A DNA stretch of 64,000 nucleotides, taken from Limnothrix sp. BL-A-16. Its GTDB lineage: Bacteria > Cyanobacteriota > Cyanobacteriia > CACIAM-69d. Shown here piece after piece: positions 51,018 through 62,399 of this stretch. A program made the position numbers and the translations under genes. The stretch covers positions 1,152,001 through 1,216,000 of the forward strand of contig CP166615.1 in the NCBI GenBank assembly GCA_041937175.2, given 5' to 3'. Every line of letters starts with the position of its first letter. The first letter of the stretch is position 1. The notes under the pieces were generated by a model, which had not been told where the DNA came from, made no database searches, and worked only from the letters and a program-made list of their open reading frames with translations.

Positions 51018-51740
51018 ATGACAGCCGTAGACATTTTGGGGATTTTGCATCCAGGGCTAGCCGTTGTCCTTGTCTTCCCAATGATTGGCATTGTGTCGCG
51101 GGCCGCTTGGCAAGTTCGCCAACGTCGGCTTGCCACCGCCGCCGGTCAAAAATCAAAGATCCCGCCCGCCGTTGGCCTCGAACATGTGGAGATTGGGCGT
51201 TGGCTGACGGGATCCATCGTCGGCATTATTTTGGTTGCATTTGCCTACATTTTATTTGCAGACAAAACCAACCTCTTAGATGCCGCTAATTGGAGTCAAA
51301 AAGGCGGGCTATTTGCAACCCAGTTAGCATTTTTTGGTGTAACGATCGGCTCATTGGTTTGTTTATATCGCTCCAGCAGCAAACAGTGGCGAGCTACATT
51401 TGCCACCCTGTCCGGCATGGGTCTGACCATCATTGCCGCCCAAGAAGGAATCTATCGCCGCGATCATGAATGGTGGGTTTCCCATTTTTACTATGGAACC
51501 CTGGCTGGCCTATTGATGATTTTCGCTTTGGCAATTTTGCCGGAAATTTACCGCAACAAGACCTGGCGCAAAGCCCATATTGTGGCCAATGTGGTTGCCC
51601 TGTTGTTGTTCTTAGGCCTAGGATTTACCGGCGCAAGGGATTTGTTGGAGTTGCCCCTCAGTTGGCAGAAGAGCTTTGTGTATGGTGGCTGCAATGCCGA
51701 AACTCAAACCTGCCAAGCGCCTGCCCCGCCAGCTCCATAG
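51018..51740 (+). CDS. DUF4079 membrane protein
   Basis: LHP, RQRR, EHVEIGRWL, SHFYYG, WRKAH, GFTGARDLLE. Confidence 0.8.
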   Translation: MTAVDILGILHPGLAVVLVFPMIGIVSRAAWQVRQRRLATAAGQKSKIPPAVGLEHVEIGRWLTGSIVGIILVAFAYILFADKTNLLDAANWSQKGGLFATQLAFFGVTIGSLVCLYRSSSKQWRATFATLSGMGLTIIAAQEGIYRRDHEWWVSHFYYGTLAGLLMIFALAILPEIYRNKTWRKAHIVANVVALLLFLGLGFTGARDLLELPLSWQKSFVYGGCNAETQTCQAPAPPAP

Positions 51741-51793
51741 TTTGCAAGGGCGATCGTCTGCAACCGAATCAACCGCAAGGGATCAACAAGGGA

Positions 51794-52183
51794 TCAACCG
51801 CGCGATCGAGTAATTTCCACCGCAATTGTGCCCGCAAATTCTGGAATCGGTGCGGCCGGCTTCGTTACCCGCACCACCACCCGCTCCACTCCCTTCAGGG
51901 TCAACAGCCCATCAGCAATGTTTTGGGCCACCCGTTCAATCAAGTCCACCTTGGATTGGGAAACGGTTTGGCGAATATGCTCGATCGCCGCGCGGTAGTC
52001 CAACGTATCTTCAATGCGATCGCTCTGGCCCGATGGAGCCAAGTCAATATCCAGCGTCGCATCCACCTCAAACCATTGACCCAGAACTTTTTCTTCTGGC
52101 AAAAGTCCCGTGTAACCGTAGCATCGCACTTGCGAAATATAGATTCGATCCAAACTCTGAGCCAAGTTTCTTCTCCCTACCAT
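51794..52183 (-). CDS. folB: Dihydroneopterin aldolase; start may be a few codons downstream
   Basis: YGYTGLLPEE..LGQWFEVD, SDRIEDTLDY, LIERVA, KPAAPI. Confidence 0.93.
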   Translation of the reverse strand: MVGRRNLAQSLDRIYISQVRCYGYTGLLPEEKVLGQWFEVDATLDIDLAPSGQSDRIEDTLDYRAAIEHIRQTVSQSKVDLIERVAQNIADGLLTLKGVERVVVRVTKPAAPIPEFAGTIAVEITRSRG

Positions 52184-52348
52184 TGCAATTCAGCAGCAAT
52201 TAAGCGGCATTGTTGGCAGCTTCAAATCTTTGCAACTCCGGTGCTTACGGCGCGGAGACACCAGGGGCTGTGACTTTGCCCCCTGCCTAGACCTGTCTAG
52301 ACCTGAGTTGTAGAGCTGCACTGAGTCACTGCATTGAGTGGCGAAAAC

Positions 52349-52732
52349 TTAGTTGCTAAGGGTGCTGGGTTCCAACCGCTGACAAGCCGCTAATCCCAAG
52401 CCGGGATCCGCTCGGTAATCATCCGTTGGCACCCACACGGTCACCGAGCGATCGCCCATCACCTGGTAAAGATATTGCACCGTGGCATCAAACAGCGGCC
52501 CCACCCGCAAGTTGGAAAAATCATCTTCGGCGCTTTCAAACCCAAACCGCACTACGATTTGTGCCAACAGGCAACCGGGAGTGTCGATCGACTCGCCTGA
52601 AATTTCCCGTTCCTGCCAAAACTTGTCTAGAAATGGCTCCAAAACCGGCAAAACCTTTTTAGGCTGACCATTCCGACTGGAATAGACAACTGCGGAATTG
52701 CCCTCAACAAGAATGTGACACGCCGTACCCAT
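52349..52732 (-). CDS. Hypothetical protein
   Basis: ATG at 52732; 127-aa globular-looking ORF. Confidence 0.6.
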   Translation of the reverse strand: MGTACHILVEGNSAVVYSSRNGQPKKVLPVLEPFLDKFWQEREISGESIDTPGCLLAQIVVRFGFESAEDDFSNLRVGPLFDATVQYLYQVMGDRSVTVWVPTDDYRADPGLGLAACQRLEPSTLSN

Positions 52733-53191
52733 AACCGCGCCCAAAGACTGGTGAAAAGACCCAAATGCTTGCGACACATCCATCAAACCATCAAAACCGT
52801 CTTCATCTCGAAAAATTTTGAGTAGGATAGTCTGCGAGACCGCCCCAGCCCCGATCGCCCCGTGGATGTTGGCTGAAGCTTATGACCGAAGAAGGCCCCT
52901 AGCCTCCTTTCCTGAATTTGGCCTTTGGGCTAAACCGTCCAGGAAAGGGCCCGGCAACCCGGTTAGGAGATAACTAAGCGTTGCGGTAACACCATGACCG
53001 CCGCCACAATCCCCTAGACTTGGAAGCCAATGGGTTCCTCGCCCCAGCCCCCAGCCACCGTACAGGGTGCAACGGTGCGATGCAGTCCAACCGGCCGCCG
53101 ATTTTTGTCGGGCCACCCTGGCCGTTGGCACGATCGCCCGTGGGTTGCTGAAGTCGCGCGAACGCAGAGTTAACCTCGTTAGATTTTTTCG

Positions 53192-54346
53192 ATGGCAACG
53201 ACGAACCCGCAACTGGAACGCGCCAAACAAGGCGACCCGGAGGCGATTGCTGCCTTGATGCGGCGATCGCTGGAACCCAAAGGCATCAACGTCCAAGCCG
53301 AAAGTGGTGGCGATGTGCTGCGTGTGGTGTTGGAAGGCTCCCAGCCTGTCAACCGCGAAGCACTGCTGGCCTTCATCCGTAAGGGGATGCTCCAGTTGGG
53401 GGTGAAGGGTCTCCGCTCGATCGCCGTGGAATGGCGGCAACCGGGTAGCTTGCTAACCGATTGGACTGATTCGATTTCCCTCGACGATGACGAACCTTAC
53501 GGCCTCGATGCGCTGAGCATGTCGCAAATCGAAGCACCCAACACGCCCCCCGTGGATATGGATGCGCTATCGGATGACGACAGCTACGGCGGCGGCTATG
53601 GCGCGCAGTACGGCATGGAAGATGACTCACTGCCTATGGATGATGATGAGTCCTTGGAGTCGGAAGACAGTTCGGAACCGACCAAGCCTGCCAAAAAGGG
53701 CGGTGGCGGCGGCCTGATTGGGTTGCTGCTGGGGTTGATTGCCATTGGGGGCGGGTTGTATTACCTCTACACCAAAGGGCATCTCAACGAGGTGGTGGCC
53801 AGCTTGCCGCCGGAAGTGCAAGTTTATTTGCCACCCGTCACCCCAGAACCAGCGGAACCGGCGATTACGGCGGATGGCACTGAGGCTCCGGCGGCCAGTC
53901 CGGCCCCGGCGGCCGAAGCTCCAGCCGCCAGCCCTGCGCCAGCGGAAGCGCCTGCCGCTAGCCCTGCGCCGGCCAGTCCAGCTCCGGCGGCCGAGTCCCC
54001 CGCCACTGAAGCTCCAGCAGCGGTTCCCGCCAGCCCCGCGCCGGCCAGCCCCGCCGCTGAGGCTCCGGCGGCCAGCCCCGCCCCGGCAGCTTCACCCGCA
54101 GCCAATCAACCGAATCCAGATTTTGCGGAAGCGGTACGCAAGGCCACCAGCGCGGCGAAGTTAGCCCAAACGGCCAAGACCAAGGCGGAATGGACAACGG
54201 TGGCGGCCGAGTGGCAGGCGGCTTCGGCCCTGATGCAGAAGGTGCCGGCCGACAGCCCGAATGCTTCCATTGCTCAAAACCGGGCCCCGCAATATGCCCA
54301 AAACGCGGCGATCGCCCGGGCCAATGCCCAGGCAGCACCGCAGTAG
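53192..54346 (+). CDS. Membrane protein with acidic linker, one TM helix and long Ala/Pro (AASPAP) repeats
   Basis: N-terminal AKQGDPEAIAALM; TM GLIGLLLGLIAIGGGLYY; C-terminal A..AQTA....EW..VA..WQ.A. Confidence 0.75.
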   Translation: MATTNPQLERAKQGDPEAIAALMRRSLEPKGINVQAESGGDVLRVVLEGSQPVNREALLAFIRKGMLQLGVKGLRSIAVEWRQPGSLLTDWTDSISLDDDEPYGLDALSMSQIEAPNTPPVDMDALSDDDSYGGGYGAQYGMEDDSLPMDDDESLESEDSSEPTKPAKKGGGGGLIGLLLGLIAIGGGLYYLYTKGHLNEVVASLPPEVQVYLPPVTPEPAEPAITADGTEAPAASPAPAAEAPAASPAPAEAPAASPAPASPAPAAESPATEAPAAVPASPAPASPAAEAPAASPAPAASPAANQPNPDFAEAVRKATSAAKLAQTAKTKAEWTTVAAEWQAASALMQKVPADSPNASIAQNRAPQYAQNAAIARANAQAAPQ

Positions 54347-54382
54347 CATCGCGGACTGATTTCGAGTCAGAATCAGCACAGA

Positions 54383-54432
54383 AAATTTCCCCACCTAAGG
54401 ATCCTTCTCGGGTCATTTGGGTGGGGGAATTT
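54383..54432. terminator. Hairpin between convergent genes (possible bidirectional terminator)
   Basis: AAATTTCCCCACCTAA ... TTGGGTGGGGGAATTT. Confidence 0.5.
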
Positions 54433-54470
54433 ATGATGAGGGCGCGGGAATTGGGCGGTTTGCGCTGGCG

Positions 54471-56153
54471 CTAGGGGTTTGATTGTTGCGAGATCGCCCA
54501 GGTTTCCAACGCTTCCGCTAATCCGTCGAGGGTATATTCCCGCGCTTCCGCATCGACGCGATCGAACAAATCACGGCAGGTTTGGGAGGTTTGCGGCCCG
54601 ATCGAGGCTAAACAGGCCCCCGCCACCTGGTCAATTTCAAAGCCAGCCCGCTGAAGCAGCGTTAAGAAGTTTTTAACGGTTTTGGAGCTGGCGAAGGTGA
54701 TGGCATCCACCCGCTTGGCCCGCAACAGGGCGATCGCCTCGGGGGTGAGGGCCGCCGGACAACGGGACTCATAGGCGGGCACTTCCCAGATGCTGGCTCC
54801 CTGGTCGCTGAGTTCTTTGACCAGCACATCGCGCCCCCCGGTTTCCACGCGCGGAAACAGCACGGTGCGATCGCGCAGGGATTCGGGAAAATGGCTCACC
54901 AGCGCATCGGCGATGAAATCCGGGGGAATGAAATCCGGCACGATGCCGAACTGCTGAAGACATTGGGCGGTTTTTTGACCCACCACGGCCACTTTGCAAT
55001 GGGCCAAGGCGCGACTATCTTTGCCAGCGGCCTGGAGGCGGCTAAAAAATGCCTCGACACCATTGGTGGAGGTCAAGATGAGCCAATGACACCGCTGGAG
55101 ATCGGCAATAGCCCGATCGAGTGGCTCCCAGGTGCTGGGCGGGCCAATTTCCAGGGCCGGCACTTCCAGCACTTGGGCCCCGGCTGCCTGGAGTCGGCCG
55201 GTGAAACCGCCCGCCTGGTTGAGCGATCGGGTCACCAGCACGGTTTTGCCCGCTAAGGGTTGGGTGATCGCGAGCTGGGCGATCGAGGGTTGGGGCATTA
55301 ACGGTTGAACCAAAGGAGGAGGATCGCCAGGAGCGATCGCCCCGGCTGGCCCCAACTCAAGCAATGCAGGCAGTTGGGGCAGCACAAACCCTTGGCCCCA
55401 AGGAGCCAGAAAATCCCGCAGTCGCACCACTTCCCCCACCACCACCACGGCCGGCGAAAGGGAAACGCGCTCCGTTTGCAGGGCGATCGATTCCAGCGTG
55501 CCCGTCCAAACCTGTTGCTGGGGAGTGGCGGCAGCGCGAATGACGGCCACGGGAGTGACGGACGATCGACCATGGCGAATCAGTTGGCGGGTAATTTCCG
55601 GGAGCGATCGGCCCGCCATCAAAAACACGAGGGTTTCCAGTTGGGCCAGGGCTTCCCAGTGCAGTTCATTGGGTTCATGGGCACTGGCCACCGCAAAGCA
55701 ACGACTCAGTACCGCATCGGTGAGGGGAATGCCCGCCAGCAACGGCCCCGCCAAGGCACTGGAAAGACCGGGAATAATTTCAAAGGTTGCCCCCGCCGCT
55801 TGCAGGGCTTGGATTTCGCTACTGGCACGCCCAAACACAAAGGGATCGCCCGCCTTGAGCCGCACCACCCGCTTTCCCGATCGCCACTGCTCCACCAGCA
55901 AGCGATCGATCTCCGGTTGGCTGGGGGAGGGCTGGCCGCCCCGTTTGCCCACATCGATTTGTGCGCAGGTGACGGGAACCCAGTCCAACAGCGCCCGATC
56001 GACTAGGGCATCATGCACCAACACCTCCGCTTGGCGCAGCACCTGAGCCGCTTGCAAGGTGAGATAGGCCCCATGGCCGGGCCCGGCTCCCACCAGGGCC
56101 ACGGGCGGGTTCACAACGGACGGGTCGATCGGGTTGGGCGAGGCTGCGGCCAT
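54471..56153 (-). CDS. cobA: Uroporphyrinogen-III C-methyltransferase/synthase fusion (CobA-HemD)
   Basis: LVGAGPG, VGKRGG, RLKAGDPFVFGR, IPGLSS; HemD part VLVTR, LTSTNGV, VG.KTA, FASSKTV, SIGPQT. Confidence 0.93.
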   Translation of the reverse strand: MAAASPNPIDPSVVNPPVALVGAGPGHGAYLTLQAAQVLRQAEVLVHDALVDRALLDWVPVTCAQIDVGKRGGQPSPSQPEIDRLLVEQWRSGKRVVRLKAGDPFVFGRASSEIQALQAAGATFEIIPGLSSALAGPLLAGIPLTDAVLSRCFAVASAHEPNELHWEALAQLETLVFLMAGRSLPEITRQLIRHGRSSVTPVAVIRAAATPQQQVWTGTLESIALQTERVSLSPAVVVVGEVVRLRDFLAPWGQGFVLPQLPALLELGPAGAIAPGDPPPLVQPLMPQPSIAQLAITQPLAGKTVLVTRSLNQAGGFTGRLQAAGAQVLEVPALEIGPPSTWEPLDRAIADLQRCHWLILTSTNGVEAFFSRLQAAGKDSRALAHCKVAVVGQKTAQCLQQFGIVPDFIPPDFIADALVSHFPESLRDRTVLFPRVETGGRDVLVKELSDQGASIWEVPAYESRCPAALTPEAIALLRAKRVDAITFASSKTVKNFLTLLQRAGFEIDQVAGACLASIGPQTSQTCRDLFDRVDAEAREYTLDGLAEALETWAISQQSNP

Positions 56154-56357
56154 GGTTGGCTCCTATACGCAACGGTTATTTCCAACTTCGCATATCTGCG
56201 GCCCGAGGCCGCCGACCCCCCAGGGCCGTACCACTGCCTCCCGCCGATTTGCCCAACCGATCGCCCCGCCGATCCGGGTTGAGATACCTTTTGAGCGATC
56301 GATGGAGTGAATCGATCGGTTAGATTGATTCAACCTGCTGCATCCCCGGTCTTGGTT

Positions 56358-57773
56358 ATGGCCAAAGTTCGCCACACAGTTTCGCCCTCTGCACCCTGGA
56401 AACGGGCGGCTTCCCTGTCCCTGTCTGTGGCGGCGCTGTTGACCTTGGGCGGGGCGATCGCCCTGGTAACCACGGGTTTTGCGGTGGGAGTTCGCTCAAT
56501 TGTTGATCCCGAGGCTGCTGCTTGGTTGGATCAATGGTTGCCCGCCACCGGAGGCATCACGCCCCGCGACCTGAAAACCGTGGCCCAACTGCGGGTGGAA
56601 TTGACCAAGGGCAACCAACGGATGGGGGAAATTGTGCCACTGGGCCGTCAATGGTTGGTGGCCACCGTGCGACAACAGCAACCCAATTGCACGGCGGGGC
56701 CCCAATGTTGGCCGATCGTGCAGTTGCGGGCTTACCAAGCCCCAAACCCGGAACCCCAGGGCGATCGCCCCCTGGCCTATCGGCTCACCACCACCTTGGA
56801 CTTGGAGGGGCCGCCGGAATCCTTGGTGCTGGCTCCCCTGGTCAAGGCCGGTGTGGCCACCAGCGGCTCCACGGATCCCTTGCCGCTGATGGCGGTGCAG
56901 GGTTTGAAGGGCGGCCCAGCAGGCGGCGGTTGGCTAACCGTAAGCGGGCAATTGCCCCGATCGAACCAGCAACTTCGCTATGGCGTGATTGTGCATTTGA
57001 ACATTAGCCGTTTGGGGCGACCGGGCCACCTGAGTGTCCAAGGTCAGTGGAGCAGCCCCAAGGATCGATCGCCCGTTTGGGAGTCAATCACCGGCAATCG
57101 GGAACCGGAATTGATCGTGGATCAATCGGCCATCGATGCACCGGACTTGGCGATTTACCGAGCGATCCCTTCCGGGTTTGCGCCGGATCCCGTTTCCTTG
57201 GAACCGATCGTGCTGACGGAACCGTTGCTGCGATCGACCGATTTAACCGACTTGGCCCAATACCAAGAGGCCCTGAAGCTGGCCAAGCTGGAATTGTGGT
57301 CGCCGGCCTTGACCAAATTGCAGCCCCTGCGCGATCGGCTGGTGAATCGATCGCTGGTTTGGGACGATCGGGTCCAGGCCCAATACGATGCCCTGCGCTA
57401 CCACGCGGATCTGGCCCGGGTGCGGGCCGACTCACCCCAAAAAGATATTCCCAGCCAGATTTTGGCCGACCTCGGCGACAGCCGTTGGCAACGGGCGCTC
57501 GATCGCTTTGCACAAGCCTCCCTGGGGGATCAGGCAACGGTGGTGCGGTGGTTGCGTTCCGCCGAAGGAGAAAAACTGGAGCGGCAGGTTAATTTGGTGC
57601 TGCAATTTGCCCCAAACCAAGCCTCTGTGATGTTCTGGAAAGCCACCAGCCTGGCGGCGCGGCAAGGTCGCCCGGCGGCGATCGCCTGGTATCGCTCCCA
57701 GCCGGGCCAGTCCGTGGAGTGGGATCAACGGATCGATCGCTGGTTGGCCCAGGTGGCCACCGTCCCGCGTTAG
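56358..57773 (+). CDS. Hypothetical membrane-anchored protein; start uncertain
   Basis: Long ORF with an N-terminal TM segment, upstream of ychF. Confidence 0.65.
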   Translation: MAKVRHTVSPSAPWKRAASLSLSVAALLTLGGAIALVTTGFAVGVRSIVDPEAAAWLDQWLPATGGITPRDLKTVAQLRVELTKGNQRMGEIVPLGRQWLVATVRQQQPNCTAGPQCWPIVQLRAYQAPNPEPQGDRPLAYRLTTTLDLEGPPESLVLAPLVKAGVATSGSTDPLPLMAVQGLKGGPAGGGWLTVSGQLPRSNQQLRYGVIVHLNISRLGRPGHLSVQGQWSSPKDRSPVWESITGNREPELIVDQSAIDAPDLAIYRAIPSGFAPDPVSLEPIVLTEPLLRSTDLTDLAQYQEALKLAKLELWSPALTKLQPLRDRLVNRSLVWDDRVQAQYDALRYHADLARVRADSPQKDIPSQILADLGDSRWQRALDRFAQASLGDQATVVRWLRSAEGEKLERQVNLVLQFAPNQASVMFWKATSLAARQGRPAAIAWYRSQPGQSVEWDQRIDRWLAQVATVPR

Positions 57774-57854
57774 GGCCACGGCCAGCCGGCCGCCCCCATT
57801 TCCGATAAGCTAGTAGACTGCAATTCAGTCCCAGCCACCCCGCCCGATCGACCC

Positions 57855-58946
57855 ATGCTCCGAGCCGGAATCGTCGGACTGCCCAACGTGGGCAAGTCCA
57901 CCCTGTTTAATGCCCTAGTGGCCAACGCCAAAGCGGAAGCCGCTAACTTTCCCTTCTGCACCATTGAACCCAATGTCGGCGTGGTCTCCGTGCCCGATGA
58001 GCGGTTGCAGGTGCTGAGTGATTTGGCCAAGTCCAAGCAAATTGTCCCCACGCGGGTGGAATTTGTGGACATTGCCGGCCTGGTGAAGGGAGCCAGCAAG
58101 GGCGAAGGGCTGGGGAACCAGTTTTTGGCCAACATTCGGGAAGTGGATGCGATCGTCCATGTGGTGCGCTGTTTCGAGAACGACGACATTATTCACGTGT
58201 CCGGCTCGATCGACCCGATCCGCGACATTGAAATCATCAATCTGGAGTTGATCCTCTCGGATTTGGCCCAGGTGGAGCGCCGAGCCGATCGGGTTCGCAA
58301 GCAAGCCCGCGCCAACAAAGAGGCCCAAGCCGAACTCGCGGTTCTTGAAAAGATCCTGGCCGTCCTCGAAGATGGCCGCCCCGCCCGCCAAGTCAGCCTG
58401 AGCGAGGAAGAAGAACCCCTGATCGCCACCTTGGGCCTGCTGACCCGCAAGCGGATGATCTACGCCACCAACGTTTCGGAAGATGACCTGGCCACCGGCA
58501 ACCCATGGGTGGAGCAGGTGCGGGAGTTGGCCAAGACCGAAAACGCCCAAACGGTGATTATTTCCGCCCAAGTGGAAGCGGAACTGATTGAACTATCCGA
58601 TGAAGAACGGGCGGACTTCCTCGATGCATTGGGCGTGACCGAAGGGGGGCTGAAGTCCTTGATCCGCGCCACCTACGACCTATTGGGTTTGCGCACCTAC
58701 TTCACCTCTGGCGAAAAGGAAACCCGCGCTTGGACGATCCATGCGGGCATGACGGCTCCCCAAGCGGCCGGGGTAATTCACTCAGACTTTGAGCGGGGTT
58801 TCATCCGGGCTGAAACCGTGGCCTACGCGGACTTGGTGGCGGCCGGCTCCCTTCCTGCTGCTAAGGAAAAGGGCCTTGTGCGCAGTGAAGGCAAAGAATA
58901 TGTGGTGCAAGAGGGCGATGTTATGCTGTTTAGATTTAACGTCTAG
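57855..58946 (+). CDS. ychF: Obg-family ATPase YchF
   Basis: [46 protein letters not shown]. Confidence 0.97.
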   Translation: MLRAGIVGLPNVGKSTLFNALVANAKAEAANFPFCTIEPNVGVVSVPDERLQVLSDLAKSKQIVPTRVEFVDIAGLVKGASKGEGLGNQFLANIREVDAIVHVVRCFENDDIIHVSGSIDPIRDIEIINLELILSDLAQVERRADRVRKQARANKEAQAELAVLEKILAVLEDGRPARQVSLSEEEEPLIATLGLLTRKRMIYATNVSEDDLATGNPWVEQVRELAKTENAQTVIISAQVEAELIELSDEERADFLDALGVTEGGLKSLIRATYDLLGLRTYFTSGEKETRAWTIHAGMTAPQAAGVIHSDFERGFIRAETVAYADLVAAGSLPAAKEKGLVRSEGKEYVVQEGDVMLFRFNV

Positions 58947-58970
58947 CCCTGTCGATCGCATCGATCCAGA

Positions 58971-59070
58971 CAAGGGGCTTAAGCCCCTTGCTCCCCACGA
59001 TCCCGTAACGCAAGAATCAGGGTTTCGGGGATTTGATGACAGCCCCTAAGCCCCTTGCCCCCGACGAATC
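58971..59070 (-). mobile_element. Family C element whose end sits in the centre of a second palindrome copy
   Basis: CAAGGGGCTTAAGCCCCTTG...GATGACAGCCCC-TAA-GCCCCTTG; mirror image of 50762-50849. Confidence 0.7.
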
Positions 59071-59136
59071 CGTTCATCACCGCTTGCCCGTTCGATCGCC
59101 TGGTTTTTGTTGATTTCGATTCCGCAGCAACCCGCC

Positions 59137-60051
59137 ATGCACCAAAATTTCATGCCGATCGCCTATTACAAAGGCGAATTTATTCCCTTCGAGAATGCCA
59201 ACCTGTCGATCGCAACCCACGCGCTGCACTACGGCACGGGGGCCTTTGGCGGGTTGCGCGGGATTCCTGACCCGGCCGATCCGAACACGATTTTGCTGTT
59301 CCGGCTCGATCGCCACAGCAAGCGCCTCAGCCAAAGCGCCAAATTCCTGCATTACGATTTGCCCGCCGATAAAATTCTTTGGGCGATCGAAGAATTTGTC
59401 CGCCAAAACAAACCGACCAAATCGTTTTATATCCGTCCCTTTGTTTACACCTCTGACCTAGGGATTGCGCCCCGTTTGCACAACGTGGAAAAGAGCTTCT
59501 TTATCTACGGTTTGGAAATGGGCGATTACCTGTCCCAAGAGGGGGTCGCCTGCCGGATTAGCTCCTGGGTGCGCCAAGAAGATCGCAGCTTGCCCTTGCG
59601 TGGCAAAATCGCGGGTGCTTACATCACCTCATCGCTAGCTAAAACCGAAGCGGTGGAGTCGGGCTTTGATGAAGCGATCATGATGAATTCCCAGGGCAAG
59701 GTGAGCGAAGCCTCGGGGATGAACGTGTTTTTGGTGCGCAATGGCACGTTGATCACGCCCGGTTTTGAGCAAGATATTCTGGAAGGGATCACCCGCGACA
59801 GCATTTTGACGATCGCCCGCGATCGGGGCATCCCGATCGAAATTCGCCCGGTGGATAAAACCGAATTGTTCATCGCTGACGAAGTGTTCCTCAGCGGCAC
59901 GGCGGCCAAAATCGCCCCGGTCAGCAAGATCGAAAACTACACCCTCGGGAGCGATCGCCCGGTGACGAATCTGTTGCGAGAAACCCTCACGGCGATCGTC
60001 GAAAATCGCGAACCAGCCTACGCCGATTGGGTTCACAAAATCGCCCTGTAA
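59137..60051 (+). CDS. ilvE: Branched-chain amino acid aminotransferase
   Basis: HALHYG, FRLDRH..RL, YIRP, K..G.Y, EASGMN.F, ILEGITR, ADEVFLSGTAA. Confidence 0.93.
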   Translation: MHQNFMPIAYYKGEFIPFENANLSIATHALHYGTGAFGGLRGIPDPADPNTILLFRLDRHSKRLSQSAKFLHYDLPADKILWAIEEFVRQNKPTKSFYIRPFVYTSDLGIAPRLHNVEKSFFIYGLEMGDYLSQEGVACRISSWVRQEDRSLPLRGKIAGAYITSSLAKTEAVESGFDEAIMMNSQGKVSEASGMNVFLVRNGTLITPGFEQDILEGITRDSILTIARDRGIPIEIRPVDKTELFIADEVFLSGTAAKIAPVSKIENYTLGSDRPVTNLLRETLTAIVENREPAYADWVHKIAL

Positions 60052-60121
60052 GTGGCGAGCCAAACACAGCGCAAAACTCGACTCAGCAAGTCAATCAAGA
60101 CAAGTCAGCGAGTCATCGGGA

Positions 60122-60141
60122 CAAGGGGCTTAAGCCCCTTG
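60122..60141. repeat. Solo perfect 20-bp palindrome CAAGGGGCTTAAGCCCCTTG between convergent genes
   Basis: Exact copy; degenerate copies also at about 8031, 18200, 61529 and 62092. Confidence 0.85.
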
Positions 60142-60166
60142 TCTTTTAGGTTTTTGGCATGAGTTT

Positions 60167-61292
60167 CTACAAACCAACCGCATCGGCGGCTTGGCTTTCT
60201 TGGCGCAAATAGCTTTCGATAAATTGCCCCAAATCACCATTCATCACGGACTGAATATCAGTGGTTTCCAATTCCGTGCGCAGGTCTTTCACCAACTGAT
60301 AGGGGTGAAACACATAGTTACGGATTTGGGTTCCCCAGGCCGCTTCCACCATGTCGCCGCGAATATCGGCGATTTCCTTGGCCCGCTGTTCTTGGGCAAT
60401 CACCAATAGTTTTGCCTTCAACAGAACCATCGCTTTTTCTTTGTTTTGCAGTTGCGATCGCTCCTCGGTGCAACGCACGGCCAGCCCCGTGGGTAAGTGG
60501 GTAATCCGCACAGCCGTTTCCACTTTGTTGACGTTTTGACCGCCTTTGCCGCCGGCCCGCGAAGTGGTAATTTCTAAATCTTTGTCCGGAATATCCAGTT
60601 GAATGGAATGATCCAAAATTGGCATCACTTCCACACCCGCAAAGCTGGTTTGGCGCTTCCCGTTGGCGTTAAACGGTGAAATTCGCACCAGGCGGTGCGT
60701 GCCCTTTTCCGATCGCAAATAGCCATAGGCATAGCGGCCTTGAATTTCCAAGGTGACGGATTTAATCCCCGCTTCGTCCCCTTCGGAAAGCTCGCTGATC
60801 GCCACTTTATATTGCTGCTTTTCTGCCCAACGGGTATACATCCGCATGAGCTGCTCGGCCCAATCTTGGGCATCGGTTCCCCCAGCCCCAGCGTTAATGC
60901 TTAAAACGGCTCCTTTGCTGTCGTAGGGGCCAGATAGTAAGCGTTGAAGCTCCCAAGCATCCAGTTCCGCCGCCAATTGATTTAAGGAGGTGAAGGCTTC
61001 CTGAAGGAGACCATCATCGGGTTCTAAGTCCAGTAGCTCCAGGGCGGCGCGGCTGTCGTTGAGGGTGTTTTGCCAGCGATCAATCTGTTGTAGATCTCCT
61101 TTGGCATCGTTTAAATCTTGCAAAATTTGCTGGGCCTGGCTTTGGTCGTCCCAAAAATCTGGCTGGGCGGCTAGGTTTTCCAGGTCGGCCACTTTGGCGT
61201 TCAAAGCAGCTTGGTCAAAGGCAGTCCTGAGCGTTGCCCAGGCGATCGCACAGCAAATCAATTTGGCGTTTCAGGTCTGAAGCATCAAACAT
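60167..61292 (-). CDS. prfB: Peptide chain release factor 2 with programmed +1 frameshift
   Basis: ATG 61292 gives [25 protein letters not shown], then CTT-TGA-C at 61220-61214; the +1 frame continues DQAALN...; SPF and GGQ motifs present. Confidence 0.96.
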
Positions 61293-61472
61293 AGGGTCAA
61301 ATTAGCAACTAAGGCGATGAAACAAGGCAATAAAACGGGCTAAGCGCTGGGATTTGCGCCGACCATTTCTGTACATTTTCTTACAGGTTTGTGTGTTTTC
61401 ATCGGTCTTGGATCGGTCTTTGTTCGTGCTTGCACATCTTGTTTTGCATGTCTTTGTAGACCGCTGTCCTCA

Positions 61473-61602
61473 GAGGATGTCTGAACAGCCAAAATTGCTA
61501 CTCTGTACGCCTCAGTGATCGACTTAGACAAGATGCTCAAGCCCCTTGTCTCCACGACTATTGGTGCTTGCCCGTGCCAAAGAATACTTTTTAAACATCC
61601 TC
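61473..61602. mobile_element. MITE family B copy with TCA/TCA target duplication
   Basis: TCA-GAGGATGTCTGAA...TTAAACATCCTC-TCA. Confidence 0.8.
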
Positions 61603-62036
61603 TCAGCACGATCGGCAAAGCGCGATTAGCAAACAGTTGGCCAAGGCACAGCCTAAAAACTATAGCAATCCTGTGGCATTCTGCCTGTCTGCTTTTTCTG
61701 ATATGGAAGTGGGACTGCGATCGAATTGCGATCGGCCGGACGGGGTTGGGCTGCAGTGACAATCCAGCCGCCCCTGTAAGTTCTAGGCGAGCCTTGGGCA
61801 CAATAAGGTTGGGTCGTGGCCGTTTCAGAGGAGATGATCTCCAAAATTGATGCCGCGCCTCGACCGATTGCAGGGACTCTATAACCACCGAGCGATCGCT
61901 CACTGATGGGTTTCATCCCCTGTGGGGTGCTTGGGTGTTTCTGATAAGCTATCTGCCCAAATGGGTTTGTTCCTGAATGGCGATCTTTTTGAGTTCCATG
62001 CTTCAGAAAGGTGGCAGATTTGATCGCCAAATCTTA

Positions 62037-62166
62037 GAGGATGTCTGAACAGTACCCTTAGGGACTTGCCGAATCCCGATGAGGACGAAGGTAAGGGGCT
62101 TAAACCCCTGGTTTCGTTGATCGGCAGGGCAAGGAGCGTCTCAATTCTGGCTTTTCAGACATCCTC
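62037..62166. mobile_element. MITE family B copy
   Basis: TTA-GAGGATGTCTGAA...TTCAGACATCCTC-TCA; 13-bp perfect TIR. Confidence 0.8.
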
Positions 62167-62399
62167 TCAGGAGACAGCGACAGGTTCAAAGTTGCAATTC
62201 CGTGTGGTTGGTGCGCGATCGCTCCTAGGAGCTTGCAAACGCACTTTTCTGACCCAACGTATAATGAAACCGTTTAGGAATCATCAGTGGGCATTGGTCA
62301 AACTTGCTCCTGATATGGCCTAATGGGTGGGCTGATTAATGGTTCAAGGGTAACGACCGAGCGGTTATTCCTAACGAGGCGATCGGGAACTTGAGAGAT

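Noticed and set aside
52880..52990. SAM-I or glycine riboswitch
   Set aside because: Only isolated words match (GGCAACC, GATAA, CCGAAGAAG); the required order and other core motifs are missing
60167..61292. prfB as a pseudogene or sequencing error
   Set aside because: Canonical CTT-TGA-C programmed frameshift
61340..62323. ORFs in the prfB-TPR spacer
   Set aside because: They run through two MITE copies and show no protein motifs
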